A stretch of DNA of 64,000 nucleotides, from the sequence record MN794232.1; one strand, given 5' to 3'. Below, piece by piece: positions 47,211 to 56,332 of the stretch. The position numbers and the translations under genes were made by a program. The notes beneath the pieces are model-generated. The model searched no databases. It was given only the letters and a program-made list of their open reading frames with translations, and was not told the DNA's origin. How positions within the stretch are numbered: position 1 is the first letter of the stretch; every line of letters begins with the position of its first letter.

Positions 47211-48308
47211 TTATAGACTATGCAAATAATTGTAGGCGATACTGACTCGCTTATCTTCTAGTGCTTCGCCGTATGCAGGTCCCGGTTCAACGTCAACTTT
47301 GACATTTCGAGTTAGTTCAATTAACTCAATAAGCATTTTACGCTTCACTTCATCTTTTACTTGCGATAATGCAACTTCGAACGGTAGACCTTCTTTGTAT
47401 GCACCTAGTTTACGTAAAACAATGACAATCGTTTCATCAAATGCATTAGCAACGTTTAGACTCATCAAGATCTCAGATGCTTTATCAAATTGCTTAGTCG
47501 CACCGAATTTTCGAGTGTAACGATTACGATGGTCGAATGATGCCCATTTAGCAATTAGCTGCACGTCTTCACACTTGAAAGGCATACGATTGTAGAACTT
47601 CAATTCAAGCAATTCGCGTGCGCTTGGTACTGCACAGAACCCAATTTGACCTAAAAATGCGAAGTACATGTGCGCGTCTTTCTCAGACAGTGCTTTTTGA
47701 GTCTCTAGCCACACACGTTCTTTAGGTAGATTCTCAAGCATGCCGTCATTGATCATTTTCTTGCATAGTTCAATCGTTTCTTCTGCGACTGTAAATCCCA
47801 TGCTGTAGTAACGAGCATAGAAACGAGCAACACGCAGAACACGCAATGGATCTTCAGCAAATGCTTCAGTCGTGTGACGAAGAATCTTGTTTTTTAAGTC
47901 ATCTAGACCCCCGTACGGGTCGATGACATCATCAGTCGAGCCCCACATAAACAGACTATTTGGTGTCATGTCTGGTATAGCCATTGAGTTGATAGTCAAA
48001 TCTCGACGAGATAAGTCGTCTTCTAACGTAACACCGTCAGTCGTGAAAGTGAAGTCAGTAGTTTTGCCGCCAGTACTGCGTTCAACACGCGCAAGCGCGA
48101 CTTCATTGCCGTCTTTATCGAGCCAAACAGGGAAATCAGCGCCGATTGGTTCACCGTACATAGCCATCATTTGCTCATGCGTACAACCGGTTACGACGTA
48201 ATCAATGTCTTTCGGGAATCTAGACCAACCCTCGACATGTTTCAGAATAGAGTCGCGTACTGCGCCACCGACAATGTATTTTTTCATCAAGTTAAGATTC
48301 GCTTTCAT
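47211..48308 (-). CDS. cca: tRNA nucleotidyltransferase (CCA-adding enzyme)
   Basis: YIVGGAVRD, DIDYVV, EDDLSRRDLTINSMA, EDPLRVLRVARF, ERVWLE. Confidence 0.95.
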   Translation of the reverse strand: MKANLNLMKKYIVGGAVRDSILKHVEGWSRFPKDIDYVVTGCTHEQMMAMYGEPIGADFPVWLDKDGNEVALARVERSTGGKTTDFTFTTDGVTLEDDLSRRDLTINSMAIPDMTPNSLFMWGSTDDVIDPYGGLDDLKNKILRHTTEAFAEDPLRVLRVARFYARYYSMGFTVAEETIELCKKMINDGMLENLPKERVWLETQKALSEKDAHMYFAFLGQIGFCAVPSARELLELKFYNRMPFKCEDVQLIAKWASFDHRNRYTRKFGATKQFDKASEILMSLNVANAFDETIVIVLRKLGAYKEGLPFEVALSQVKDEVKRKMLIELIELTRNVKVDVEPGPAYGEALEDKRVSIAYNYLHSL

Positions 48309-48401
48309 TGTGTTCTCCTTTTGAACCTATACAGTACATGACTAAATAATATAAGTCAACCTGTCTAAATATAATTGAATGAATAAATTTGGAGATTCAC
48401 G

Positions 48402-48893
48402 ATGAGTCAATTGAAAACACACGCAGATTCACTAACTAAAGCAGAACTAGATGAGTTTGCACAAGAATATTACGGCATCGAGCTTGATCGTCGTAAATCA
48501 AAAGGCGCTATGACTAAAGCTCTTCTTGAAGGCGCTGAAGGTAAAACTCCACTGAAGCAACTTCCGTGGGAAGAACTTCTTCTTGAAGAAACACCTGAGC
48601 CAGTCGTAGAGACGAAAGTCAAAGAAGAATCCGAAGCTGTTAAAGTTGAGCTTCCGAAAGATGATTCTTTCGAGCCTCTACCACTACCTTTCAAGCGCGG
48701 ACATGAACGTTTCATGATTGCGTCTGATTCTGCCGTTGAATCGGCAAAGGGAATTGTTGCAGGTAAAGTCTCGCTTGACGATGTGCTTGCATCAGATCTT
48801 CGCGTAGTTAAATCAATCTTGCATTATGTCGAACAAGACGGCAAGGTGCTAGTGCGTGAAACTCGCAATAGTCAATTCATCACAATTAAATAG
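48402..48893 (+). CDS. inh: Inh-like prohead protease inhibitor, paralogue 1
   Basis: YGIELDRRKS N-terminal motif and C-terminal KSILHYVEQDGKVLVRETRNSQF as in T4 Inh; TAAATA promoter at 48366. Confidence 0.8.
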   Translation: MSQLKTHADSLTKAELDEFAQEYYGIELDRRKSKGAMTKALLEGAEGKTPLKQLPWEELLLEETPEPVVETKVKEESEAVKVELPKDDSFEPLPLPFKRGHERFMIASDSAVESAKGIVAGKVSLDDVLASDLRVVKSILHYVEQDGKVLVRETRNSQFITIK

Positions 48894-48901
48894 GAACTGA
48901 A

Positions 48902-49234
48902 ATGACAACACCAATCAACACTGATATGAACCTTGCAGTCACTCTTGATGATTTGACTGTAGCAGCGGCAATCGCTGCAAAAAGTGGGTACGATGATGTT
49001 ACAACTTCCGCACTAAATCACGCGGGTGAGTCATACATCATTGTAGACAAGCAAACTTATGAAGAGCTTAAAGCTGCGATTGAGACTGCTAGTCCGTTGA
49101 GTTCAATCACTGGTCTTTCTCAAGAGTGCATTGACATTCTAGCAGGAGCAGTTGATTCAGCAACGACACTTTGCCGCGAACACACTAACAGTCGATTCTT
49201 CCGAATCGCATGGACTGTTACAGTAACGCCATAA
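48902..49234 (+). CDS. hypothetical late protein (110 aa)
   Basis: AGGA SD; co-transcribed with the inh-like gene; followed by a terminator. Confidence 0.75.
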   Translation: MTTPINTDMNLAVTLDDLTVAAAIAAKSGYDDVTTSALNHAGESYIIVDKQTYEELKAAIETASPLSSITGLSQECIDILAGAVDSATTLCREHTNSRFFRIAWTVTVTP

Positions 49235-49237
49235 TAG

Positions 49238-49264
49238 AAAAGCCCGCATTTAGCGGGCTTTTTT
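49238..49264. terminator. bidirectional terminator
   Basis: AAAAGCCCGC/GCGGGCTTTTT. Confidence 0.85.
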
Positions 49265-49292
49265 GTGTCTACGAGACGCGCTGTAAGCGATT

Positions 49293-50477
49293 CTAAGCGA
49301 CGAACGCTACACGCTGTACGATTGTCTGTTTTTCGTCGCGAAACTCGTCGTGAGCTTTTACAGTCGCTTTTACAGTTACTGTAGTGCCGTTCTCAATCGT
49401 TTCGCCGTCTTTGTCGCGTAGGCGAGTTGAGCCAAACCACACGATTAGGTTGTTTTGTTCGTCGCGGAAATGATGAATGAACGTGTCGCCATAGTAGCCT
49501 TCAGATACGATGACTTTTTCAAGTGTAACATTGAAGTTTTCACGTTTTTTGATAGTACCAACGTGCTCAGATTCTGGTAACTCTGCTTTACGTTCAGCTT
49601 CGCGTTTAGCTAGAATCTCGCGCTCTTTTGCTTTGTTAAAAGCCAAGATAGCTGCTGCAATGTAACCAGTTTGTTTGTACTCGATGAATGGAGCAGCACA
49701 TGACGCGATAACATTGTGCATGAAATCGTTCGTCGCTTCTTGAGTTGCAACCCATTCTAAGATCTCTTTTGCTTGCTCTTCACACTTATCGTAATCGTAT
49801 TCAGCAAGCATTGCATCACGCTCTTCACGCAGTGCTGGTGAACCAACATTAATCATGTCGATAACCCACTGACGAGTCACGCCACCACCATGGTAACAGC
49901 CTTTGTGCTTAACATACATAGCAGCCCATGTAACAATCTGAAGTGCGTTGTATGAGATTTTACGAGAACCACCACCCCATGACTCTTCATCACCGAAATC
50001 AGCGATTGCAGTGTAGAACGTAGCTAGTGAGTCGATAGATTTAGTTGGTAGGTAGTATTTCAAGCATGAACCACCGACGCGCATTTCTTCTTTCGTCTCT
50101 TCATTTTGAATGACGTAAGTTACATTACGCTGACGCTTAGAGTTGCAGTGATCGCAAGTTGTGTCACCTAGAAGATGACGATGATTAGTCTCGTTGTTAG
50201 AGCGAACAAGATTTGTTGCGTGGTCAAGTTGAGTCAAGAAAGACCAACCTTTAGTTGACGGGTATTCACCGCGAATAGTCACATCAACGTAATATTCACG
50301 ATATTTTTGATGAATGATTATAATGACTTCCGAGTACACTTCACCGAACTCAAATGTGATTTCAGCAACACCAAGACGTTTTGCAATCTTGTTAGTAGAT
50401 GCAACACGCGCTTCGAACTCGCTCATGTAGATTGATTTGATTGTGTAAGTGTTTTCGAATTTGTTTAGTGAAGTCAT
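49293..50477 (-). CDS. conserved phage protein with CxxC...C motif and C-terminal OB-fold-like domain (394 aa)
   Basis: CDHC..R.R, GGSC; HVGTIKKR...VKATVKAH; own promoter TTGATG-17-TAATAT. Confidence 0.8.
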   Translation of the reverse strand: MTSLNKFENTYTIKSIYMSEFEARVASTNKIAKRLGVAEITFEFGEVYSEVIIIIHQKYREYYVDVTIRGEYPSTKGWSFLTQLDHATNLVRSNNETNHRHLLGDTTCDHCNSKRQRNVTYVIQNEETKEEMRVGGSCLKYYLPTKSIDSLATFYTAIADFGDEESWGGGSRKISYNALQIVTWAAMYVKHKGCYHGGGVTRQWVIDMINVGSPALREERDAMLAEYDYDKCEEQAKEILEWVATQEATNDFMHNVIASCAAPFIEYKQTGYIAAAILAFNKAKEREILAKREAERKAELPESEHVGTIKKRENFNVTLEKVIVSEGYYGDTFIHHFRDEQNNLIVWFGSTRLRDKDGETIENGTTVTVKATVKAHDEFRDEKQTIVQRVAFVA

Positions 50478-50586
50478 AATATTCTCTCTTGTCGTGGACG
50501 ATTCGTTTCGTTGATAGAGATATTACGGCTTTTTGGTGTAGTCATCAACCAATAGATACAAAAAAAGCGCAAAAATGCGCTTTTCT

Positions 50587-51549
50587 TTATTTGTCGAGCA
50601 TGAATATTGTCACATCATCTTGAGATTCAAACGATGGTTTGTAACCGTATTGCGGTCCAAGACGTTTGAATAAACGCTTGTACAGACTGATTCGTTTCTC
50701 GTTTCCATCTTTGATTGATGTTGCAATTGTCTCACAGTTGTATTTCTTAGCAAAGTTCACTGTTTCATTGACTACCGTTGCAAATACTTGCATTGGGTTT
50801 TCAGAAGCAGTCAGATCATTAGTCCAACCACTCTCACCGCGAACTTGAAAATGCACTTCAACAGCTTTTACAAACTCAGGCGGATTGAAATTGAAAATCT
50901 CATCATTACCACCCCAATCAATGCCTCGCGGTATTAGAATGACGCGATAAACTTGTTTACCTATCTGAAATAGACCCTCAATTGGTTTCTTGTCACCCAC
51001 GGGAACGTCGCCTTTCGGGTACATGACTTTCGCGGGCTTGTCAAGTGATTCTGTCAAATTAACCGAAGACAGCCATTCGCGCCATGTCTTTTTATTTCCG
51101 ATTTTCGCAAACGGAATATCGTCATGGTCTAGCCACTGTGCCGAGCGGTCATACGACTGAGAAGTATCAAATCCGCGGTAATCATCGCCAACCCATAGCC
51201 ATTTATGATGCCAGATTTGATTGACTTGACGTGGCTTAGAAACAGCACCGTCTTTGTAAGTGTTCATCATACCCGCGGCTGGTTCTTGTACAGTGTCAAA
51301 TTCAACTGAGTCATAGAACGCAACGCCACCTTTTTTATAGTCAATTCTGACAATGTTCGGTGTGAATTGCGGATTTGCTATTGATACTTGAGTACGAGCA
51401 TCAGCAACCATTTGCTTGAACTCGTCAGGAACATAGTCAACGTGAACATATAATGAACCGCCAATGTCTTTACCAACGCCCCATTTGCTGCGTTTTACTG
51501 CACTACCTTTTCGGGTTTTTAATGTAGCGCGTTCAAAAATTATGCTCAT
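50587..51549 (-). CDS. two-domain protein: phosphorothioation-associated methyltransferase-like accessory domain plus uncharacterised phage domain
   Basis: GVGK.IGG.LYVH, FDTVQEPA, IWHHK..V..DY; linker NLTES; C-terminal VFATV...R..LY.RL. Confidence 0.65.
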   Translation of the reverse strand: MSIIFERATLKTRKGSAVKRSKWGVGKDIGGSLYVHVDYVPDEFKQMVADARTQVSIANPQFTPNIVRIDYKKGGVAFYDSVEFDTVQEPAAGMMNTYKDGAVSKPRQVNQIWHHKWLWVGDDYRGFDTSQSYDRSAQWLDHDDIPFAKIGNKKTWREWLSSVNLTESLDKPAKVMYPKGDVPVGDKKPIEGLFQIGKQVYRVILIPRGIDWGGNDEIFNFNPPEFVKAVEVHFQVRGESGWTNDLTASENPMQVFATVVNETVNFAKKYNCETIATSIKDGNEKRISLYKRLFKRLGPQYGYKPSFESQDDVTIFMLDK

Positions 51550-51551
51550 TA

Positions 51552-52145
51552 TTACCTCGTTGCTGCGTTTGTGATATTTCTGATCATACGCACTGCGAAT
51601 TGAGTGTCGCCTGTCATGGCTGCTGACGCCGCCTTATCAACGTAAAACGTGCTATCTTCGATCATGTTCAAGTGATGATAGATTTCACGAAAATCGTGAC
51701 GGTCGAACTCTTTAGTCGTGAATCGAAGTGCACCTGCTTTCTTGTCATCATCGTGAACACGTTTGTATTCATCAATGACTCGAATCATTTCACTAGCGTA
51801 TTTCTTCATTTCCATGTTATCGAGCTTCAAACGTTTTGCTGCTTGAATTACCTCGTCACGAGGACGCTCAAGTTCAATCGCATCTTTAAGAATGTTCAGA
51901 CTGTGAATGGTATTCACTGCTGCCTTTTCCATTTGTAATTTGTGATCTTCAAGCGTTCGATTGTGCTTTCTCAACTCACCAGTTGCGGTAGCACTTGCAA
52001 TCAAGCCAGCAAAAACGCCCCAGAACCCGCCTTTACGCTGCAAGCGTTTCTTAACTTCGCCTTTCGAACCTGCTGTAATTGCTTGAAATTGCGCCCATTT
52101 TCCGCTTTTTCTTGCTTTATCCATTTCTGTTAAAAATTCAATCAT
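51552..52145 (-). CDS. putative internal head protein (197 aa)
   Basis: N-terminal MIEFLTE resembles a capsid targeting/gp21 cleavage motif; TAAATA late promoter at 52171-52176. Confidence 0.7.
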   Translation of the reverse strand: MIEFLTEMDKARKSGKWAQFQAITAGSKGEVKKRLQRKGGFWGVFAGLIASATATGELRKHNRTLEDHKLQMEKAAVNTIHSLNILKDAIELERPRDEVIQAAKRLKLDNMEMKKYASEMIRVIDEYKRVHDDDKKAGALRFTTKEFDRHDFREIYHHLNMIEDSTFYVDKAASAAMTGDTQFAVRMIRNITNAATR

Positions 52146-52186
52146 AGTTTTAACCCCTTATTGTTTACTGTATTTAGACGTAAACG

Positions 52187-52213
52187 AAAAAAGGGCGACC
52201 GAAGTCACCCTTT
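52187..52213 (-). terminator. intrinsic terminator
   Basis: AAAGGGTGAC-TTCG-GTCGCCCTTTTTT on minus. Confidence 0.85.
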
Positions 52214-52227
52214 AACAGTTGGTTAAA

Positions 52228-52854
52228 TTAACCGTAGATTGCTTTGATGTTATCAAAGAATGCGCTTGATTTGTTCACTTTCGCAATGACATATCGAGCG
52301 TTAGTGCAAACTAGCGACTTAACATTGATGTTCTCTAGTTCAGATTTCGTTAGATTTGCGTTTTGCACAAGTGTTAGGATCTCACGAGCGTCGTCGCGTA
52401 GTGCAATAGATGCCAAATAACGAACCTGCTGCTTTGTTTCGAGATTCTTGAAGGCATCAATCGCATTCTGACCTGCGATAGCTACTGAAGCGCCTAGACC
52501 ACGATTCAGTGCGCGAGTCAAAAGCTTCTCAAGACCAACAATCGGGTTTCGCGGTGTTCCACGCTGTGGAATATCAACTGAAAGCTTACCACTGTTCTTC
52601 AGTGAGTATACGTGAACTTCTTTCGATCCGAACTTCTCAAAACGACATACGATAATCTCGTCTGATTTTTGAACGTTGTCTTGAACTCGACGGCGAAGTT
52701 GTTCGTTATATTCACCGCCATTCAGCGCATACACGATTTCAGCAACTGTTAGATCGCGTTTCGAAAGGAGTTCGATGATCGCAGGGCGAAAATTAGTACG
52801 GCTAACAGTTTCGTTGTTTGCTAGTGCTTTGCGTACGATTTCAATATTTTTCAT
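52228..52854 (-). CDS. hypothetical protein, possible N-terminal winged helix (208 aa)
   Basis: ORF track; IIELLSKRDLTVAEIVYAL pattern; GAGAG SD. Confidence 0.7.
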   Translation of the reverse strand: MKNIEIVRKALANNETVSRTNFRPAIIELLSKRDLTVAEIVYALNGGEYNEQLRRRVQDNVQKSDEIIVCRFEKFGSKEVHVYSLKNSGKLSVDIPQRGTPRNPIVGLEKLLTRALNRGLGASVAIAGQNAIDAFKNLETKQQVRYLASIALRDDAREILTLVQNANLTKSELENINVKSLVCTNARYVIAKVNKSSAFFDNIKAIYG

Positions 52855-52870
52855 GATATAATTCTCTCAA

Positions 52871-53146
52871 TTAAATTTGTTTTTCGACGGGAACTTGTGT
52901 TTCGTTGAAATACTTACCTGTATATTCAGTGTAAGCTTCGTGAAAGCTGTCAAGCTCATCATCTACAATAATCTGTTCGCCGGTTTCGAATGTATACATG
53001 ATACAATCATATAAACCCGTGGCAGCATTGTACATTGGTTCAGTTGTGAATCTCACACCGCACGGCGTGAAAAGCTCAATTCTGACTTCAGGGACTGGTA
53101 CTTGCTCTGCATTGTGTACTGCAAATGCTTGTTCTAATCTAGTCAT
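52871..53146 (-). CDS. hypothetical early protein (91 aa)
   Basis: GAGAG SD before MTRLEQ; TTGACC-type promoter upstream. Confidence 0.65.
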   Translation of the reverse strand: MTRLEQAFAVHNAEQVPVPEVRIELFTPCGVRFTTEPMYNAATGLYDCIMYTFETGEQIIVDDELDSFHEAYTEYTGKYFNETQVPVEKQI

Positions 53147-53207
53147 AATGTGCTCTCTGTATTGTCTCAACGAAAACAAGTTTAGGTCAAGACAATACTA
53201 ATGTCAA

Positions 53208-53696
53208 TTACTTTTTGCGCCATTTTGCAAGTTTTTCATCGTATTCACTGTGCTTCCACAAATCAAACACGATAGTACCGCTCTGAAACCACCACACAAG
53301 TGAGATTGTATCATTCAGCTTAGGATCTTTAGGGTTCTTTCCTAAGTAAAGCTCAGTACTCGGGTGCGAGTGGTAGATTGCTTTTTTGACAGCGAACTTA
53401 TATCCGCCTTCTGGCATACCAATTTCTTTCGGTGGGTAGATATTACCCAGATACGCTACTTGATATACTGTGTTTTTGAACACAACACGAGCCGAGTCAA
53501 TATTGAAAAGCAAGTTTTGATACTTAGCAGCATTCGGGGCAATCTTCCATTTATTCTTAGGCTTGGTTTCGAGTAGTTTATCAATCTCGGGTTCTGGTAT
53601 CAATTTACCGAGATTGTGATTTCCCCATTCTTCCTCAAGAGAAAGACTAATATGAATGCCGTAAAGCGTGTTTTCATATTCGTTAAATCGAAGCAT
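53208..53696 (-). CDS. hypothetical protein, putative internal head protein (162 aa)
   Basis: MLRFNEYE N-terminus; GAGGT SD; follows inh. Confidence 0.7.
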   Translation of the reverse strand: MLRFNEYENTLYGIHISLSLEEEWGNHNLGKLIPEPEIDKLLETKPKNKWKIAPNAAKYQNLLFNIDSARVVFKNTVYQVAYLGNIYPPKEIGMPEGGYKFAVKKAIYHSHPSTELYLGKNPKDPKLNDTISLVWWFQSGTIVFDLWKHSEYDEKLAKWRKK

Positions 53697-53700
53697 GTTG

Positions 53701-54207
53701 TTACCTCAGATAAGTGAAGCTATTTGAATTGCGTTCATGAACTAACAATTCACCGCGAAGCTTAACCCAATGTTCAATTGTCTTTAGATCGTGCGAGTCT
53801 CGACGACCGATGTGCCAATCATGAATGATTTCAGCCGATAACGGTTGATATAATTCATCACCGCGACGATATGTAGGCATCCATTTAGGTTTGAATTCAT
53901 CTTCGACCTTAATCGCATCAACTGGATCGACTAGAACTACGTCAACACGTTCTAAATGCTCGTGAGATTCAACGTCAACGAATTCAGTGTCTTTGGCATC
54001 TGATTCATCGACTAAATCACAACGAGTCTCAGAATCAATTACAGCGCATTCTAGCGGTACTTCGGTTTGAGATACGATTTCATGAGCGATAAGCTCTTCG
54101 ATCATTTTGCTCTTGGTAAGTGATTTGTCAAGTTCGATGTCATAATGTTTCAACGCGAATTCAGCGACACCTCGCTTAGTCTGTTTCTTTAGATATTCAG
54201 TAATCAT
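53701..54207 (-). CDS. inh: Inh prohead protease inhibitor, paralogue 2 (syntenic with uvsW)
   Basis: YDIELDKSLTKSKM and LKTIEHWVKLRGELLVHERNSNSF; AAGGA SD before MITEY. Confidence 0.8.
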   Translation of the reverse strand: MITEYLKKQTKRGVAEFALKHYDIELDKSLTKSKMIEELIAHEIVSQTEVPLECAVIDSETRCDLVDESDAKDTEFVDVESHEHLERVDVVLVDPVDAIKVEDEFKPKWMPTYRRGDELYQPLSAEIIHDWHIGRRDSHDLKTIEHWVKLRGELLVHERNSNSFTYLR

Positions 54208-54215
54208 ATTATTCC

Positions 54216-54422
54216 TTAGCAATTAATAGTGACCCATTCGTTTTGGTTCAAGTCAAAGAATGTCAGAGTATCGACACAACGTTCATTCTTCCTCATTTCT
54301 TCGCGATTCGTTTCAAGAACAGGCAAATAATGCTTGCACAATGTGGCGTGATATTGGCACCCGTCGCGTTCTAATTTAAGACATCCTTGTGTCATACAGG
54401 ACATCATTTCTTCTCGTGTCAT
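54216..54422 (-). CDS. small protein, possible WYL-like SH3 fold (68 aa)
   Basis: C-terminal FFDLNQNEWVTI; minus-strand TAAATA at 54454-54459. Confidence 0.6.
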   Translation of the reverse strand: MTREEMMSCMTQGCLKLERDGCQYHATLCKHYLPVLETNREEMRKNERCVDTLTFFDLNQNEWVTINC

Positions 54423-54435
54423 GATTTTAGACCTC

Positions 54436-54443
54436 TATAAATA
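54436..54443 (+). promoter_or_regulatory. late promoter for uvsW
   Basis: TATAAATA. Confidence 0.8.
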
Positions 54444-54485
54444 CAGTTATACATATTTAGACAAAACTCGCATAGAGAGAAAAAC

Positions 54486-56009
54486 ATGACAGATATTAAA
54501 ATTGAGTACTTCGATGAGAGTTATGCGAGAGTCGTAGCCGAGCCAAGCATTACTCATGAAATGATTGATTACTTTTCATTTCTAACTGACGGGTACAAAT
54601 TCAACCCTAAATTTAAAATGGGCATATGGGATGGCAAGATTCGACTAATGACGTATCAAGGTCTATTGCCATACGGTCTAGTCGGTCAAGCTAAAGCGTT
54701 TGCATCAAACATGATGTACACGATTGAAACTGATCCACTACTTGATCCGATTGAGAAAATTTCTCGTGAAGATTTTGAAGCATGGGTTGCTTCTCTTGAT
54801 ATTTACGGTGGCAGCAATAAAATTAGCCCGTACTGGTATCAAATGGATTCAGTATTTCACGGTATTAACAATCAGCACAGCCTTTTGAATCTACCAACAT
54901 CGGCGGGTAAATCGCTGATTCAGTCACTTTTGACACGTTGGTTTTTAGAAAATCACGAAGCTCAGAAAGTGTTGATTATCGTCCCAACAACTGCACTAGT
55001 TCAGCAAATGCGTGACGACTTTTTAGACTATCGCTTGTTTGAACACGGTGACATATATCAAATCCGAGGTGGCGTAGATAGAGACGCAATCGGAGATTGT
55101 CGTATTGTTGTTTCAACATGGCAATCGGCTGTTAAGCAAGATAAAGCATGGTTCGATCAGTTCGGTATGCTTCTAGTCGATGAATGTCACTTAGCAACGG
55201 GTAAGTCGCTTGACGGCATCATCAAAAAAATGACCAGTTGTGAATACAAAATCGGTCTTACTGGTTCACTTAGAGACGGTAAAGCTAATATTCTACAGTA
55301 CGTGGGTTCATTTGGTGATATTTTCAGACCTGTATCGACTGCACAGCTAATGGAAGAAGGGCAAGTAACTGATCTGAAGATCAATTGCTTGATGCTTGAA
55401 TATCCTCAGCCACTACGTGATGAAATGAAAGGCAGTTCATATCAAGAAGAAATGAAATTCATTCTTGAGAACAAACAGCGAAATCGTTACCTGATTAAGC
55501 TTGCTCATCATCTGAGTGCTAAGAAAGGCGAGAACACGCTATTACTGTTCAAGAACATCAAACATGGTAAATTGCTCTACGAAGCATTGAAGAAAGTCTA
55601 CGATCCTGAGAAAGTGTTCTACGTATCAGGTGAAACTAAGACTGACGACCGTACACATGTTAAGAAAATTGCAGAAGATATTGACGGGGCAGTTATTGTC
55701 GCATCATACGGTGTATTCTCGACTGGTATCAGTATCAAGAAACTACACAACGTAATTTTCGCACACCCGACAAAGAGTAAGATCATCAACTTACAGTCGA
55801 TTGGTCGTATTCTACGTAAGCACGGTTCGAAAGTTACTGCGAAGCTGTTTGACATTATCGACAACTTGGCGATCAAGCCGAAACGAGCTAACGCTAAGAA
55901 GCCGTATACGCATGTCAATTATACTATGAAGCATGGGATGCAGCGTATTGAGCTTTACAACCAAGAAGAGTTCAAGTACGCAGTCAAAAAAGTTGACCTT
56001 GCTGCATAA
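54486..56009 (+). CDS. uvsW: UvsW SF2 helicase
   Basis: PTSAGKS, VDECH, GLTGS, STGISIK, LQSIGRILR. Confidence 0.97.
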   Translation: MTDIKIEYFDESYARVVAEPSITHEMIDYFSFLTDGYKFNPKFKMGIWDGKIRLMTYQGLLPYGLVGQAKAFASNMMYTIETDPLLDPIEKISREDFEAWVASLDIYGGSNKISPYWYQMDSVFHGINNQHSLLNLPTSAGKSLIQSLLTRWFLENHEAQKVLIIVPTTALVQQMRDDFLDYRLFEHGDIYQIRGGVDRDAIGDCRIVVSTWQSAVKQDKAWFDQFGMLLVDECHLATGKSLDGIIKKMTSCEYKIGLTGSLRDGKANILQYVGSFGDIFRPVSTAQLMEEGQVTDLKINCLMLEYPQPLRDEMKGSSYQEEMKFILENKQRNRYLIKLAHHLSAKKGENTLLLFKNIKHGKLLYEALKKVYDPEKVFYVSGETKTDDRTHVKKIAEDIDGAVIVASYGVFSTGISIKKLHNVIFAHPTKSKIINLQSIGRILRKHGSKVTAKLFDIIDNLAIKPKRANAKKPYTHVNYTMKHGMQRIELYNQEEFKYAVKKVDLAA

Positions 56010-56017
56010 TAGATACG

Positions 56018-56045
56018 AAAAAGGGAGCAAATTGCTCCCTTTTTT
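56018..56045. terminator. bidirectional terminator
   Basis: AAAAAGGGAGCAA-A-TTGCTCCCTTTTTT. Confidence 0.85.
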
Positions 56046-56046
56046 A

Positions 56047-56157
56047 TTAGTCAGAAAAGATTGCCGAGAGAATCGCACCGATTAACTCGAACAGAAATTC
56101 AAATGGCGCCCAGAGCCAGTCGAAAAACCCACGATCTCGTTTACGATCTCTGCTCAT
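56047..56157 (-). CDS. 36-aa peptide, basic N-terminus then hydrophobic helix (not in ORF track)
   Basis: MSRDRKRDRGFFDWLWAPFEFLFELIGAILSAIFSD; AAGG SD; fills the gap before the terminator. Confidence 0.55.
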   Translation of the reverse strand: MSRDRKRDRGFFDWLWAPFEFLFELIGAILSAIFSD

Positions 56158-56161
56158 ACCT

Positions 56162-56332
56162 TTACCCGTTTAGAAGTTGTGTTTCGACAAGTTGCTGATC
56201 GCCGCCAGATTCAGAAATAGCCATTTCTGCTAGATGTTGCTGACATTGACCTGCGTGAACTGTGCCTTGTGGCGTATCAATCGTGACATCGCCTTCTTTG
56301 ATAGGTTGCTTGCATACAACACAATGTGCCAT
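56162..56332 (-). CDS. uvsY.-2: UvsY.-2-like small zinc-binding protein (56 aa)
   Basis: CVVCKQPI...GTVHAGQC...SES...ETQLL resembles T4 UvsY.-2. Confidence 0.75.
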   Translation of the reverse strand: MAHCVVCKQPIKEGDVTIDTPQGTVHAGQCQQHLAEMAISESGGDQQLVETQLLNG

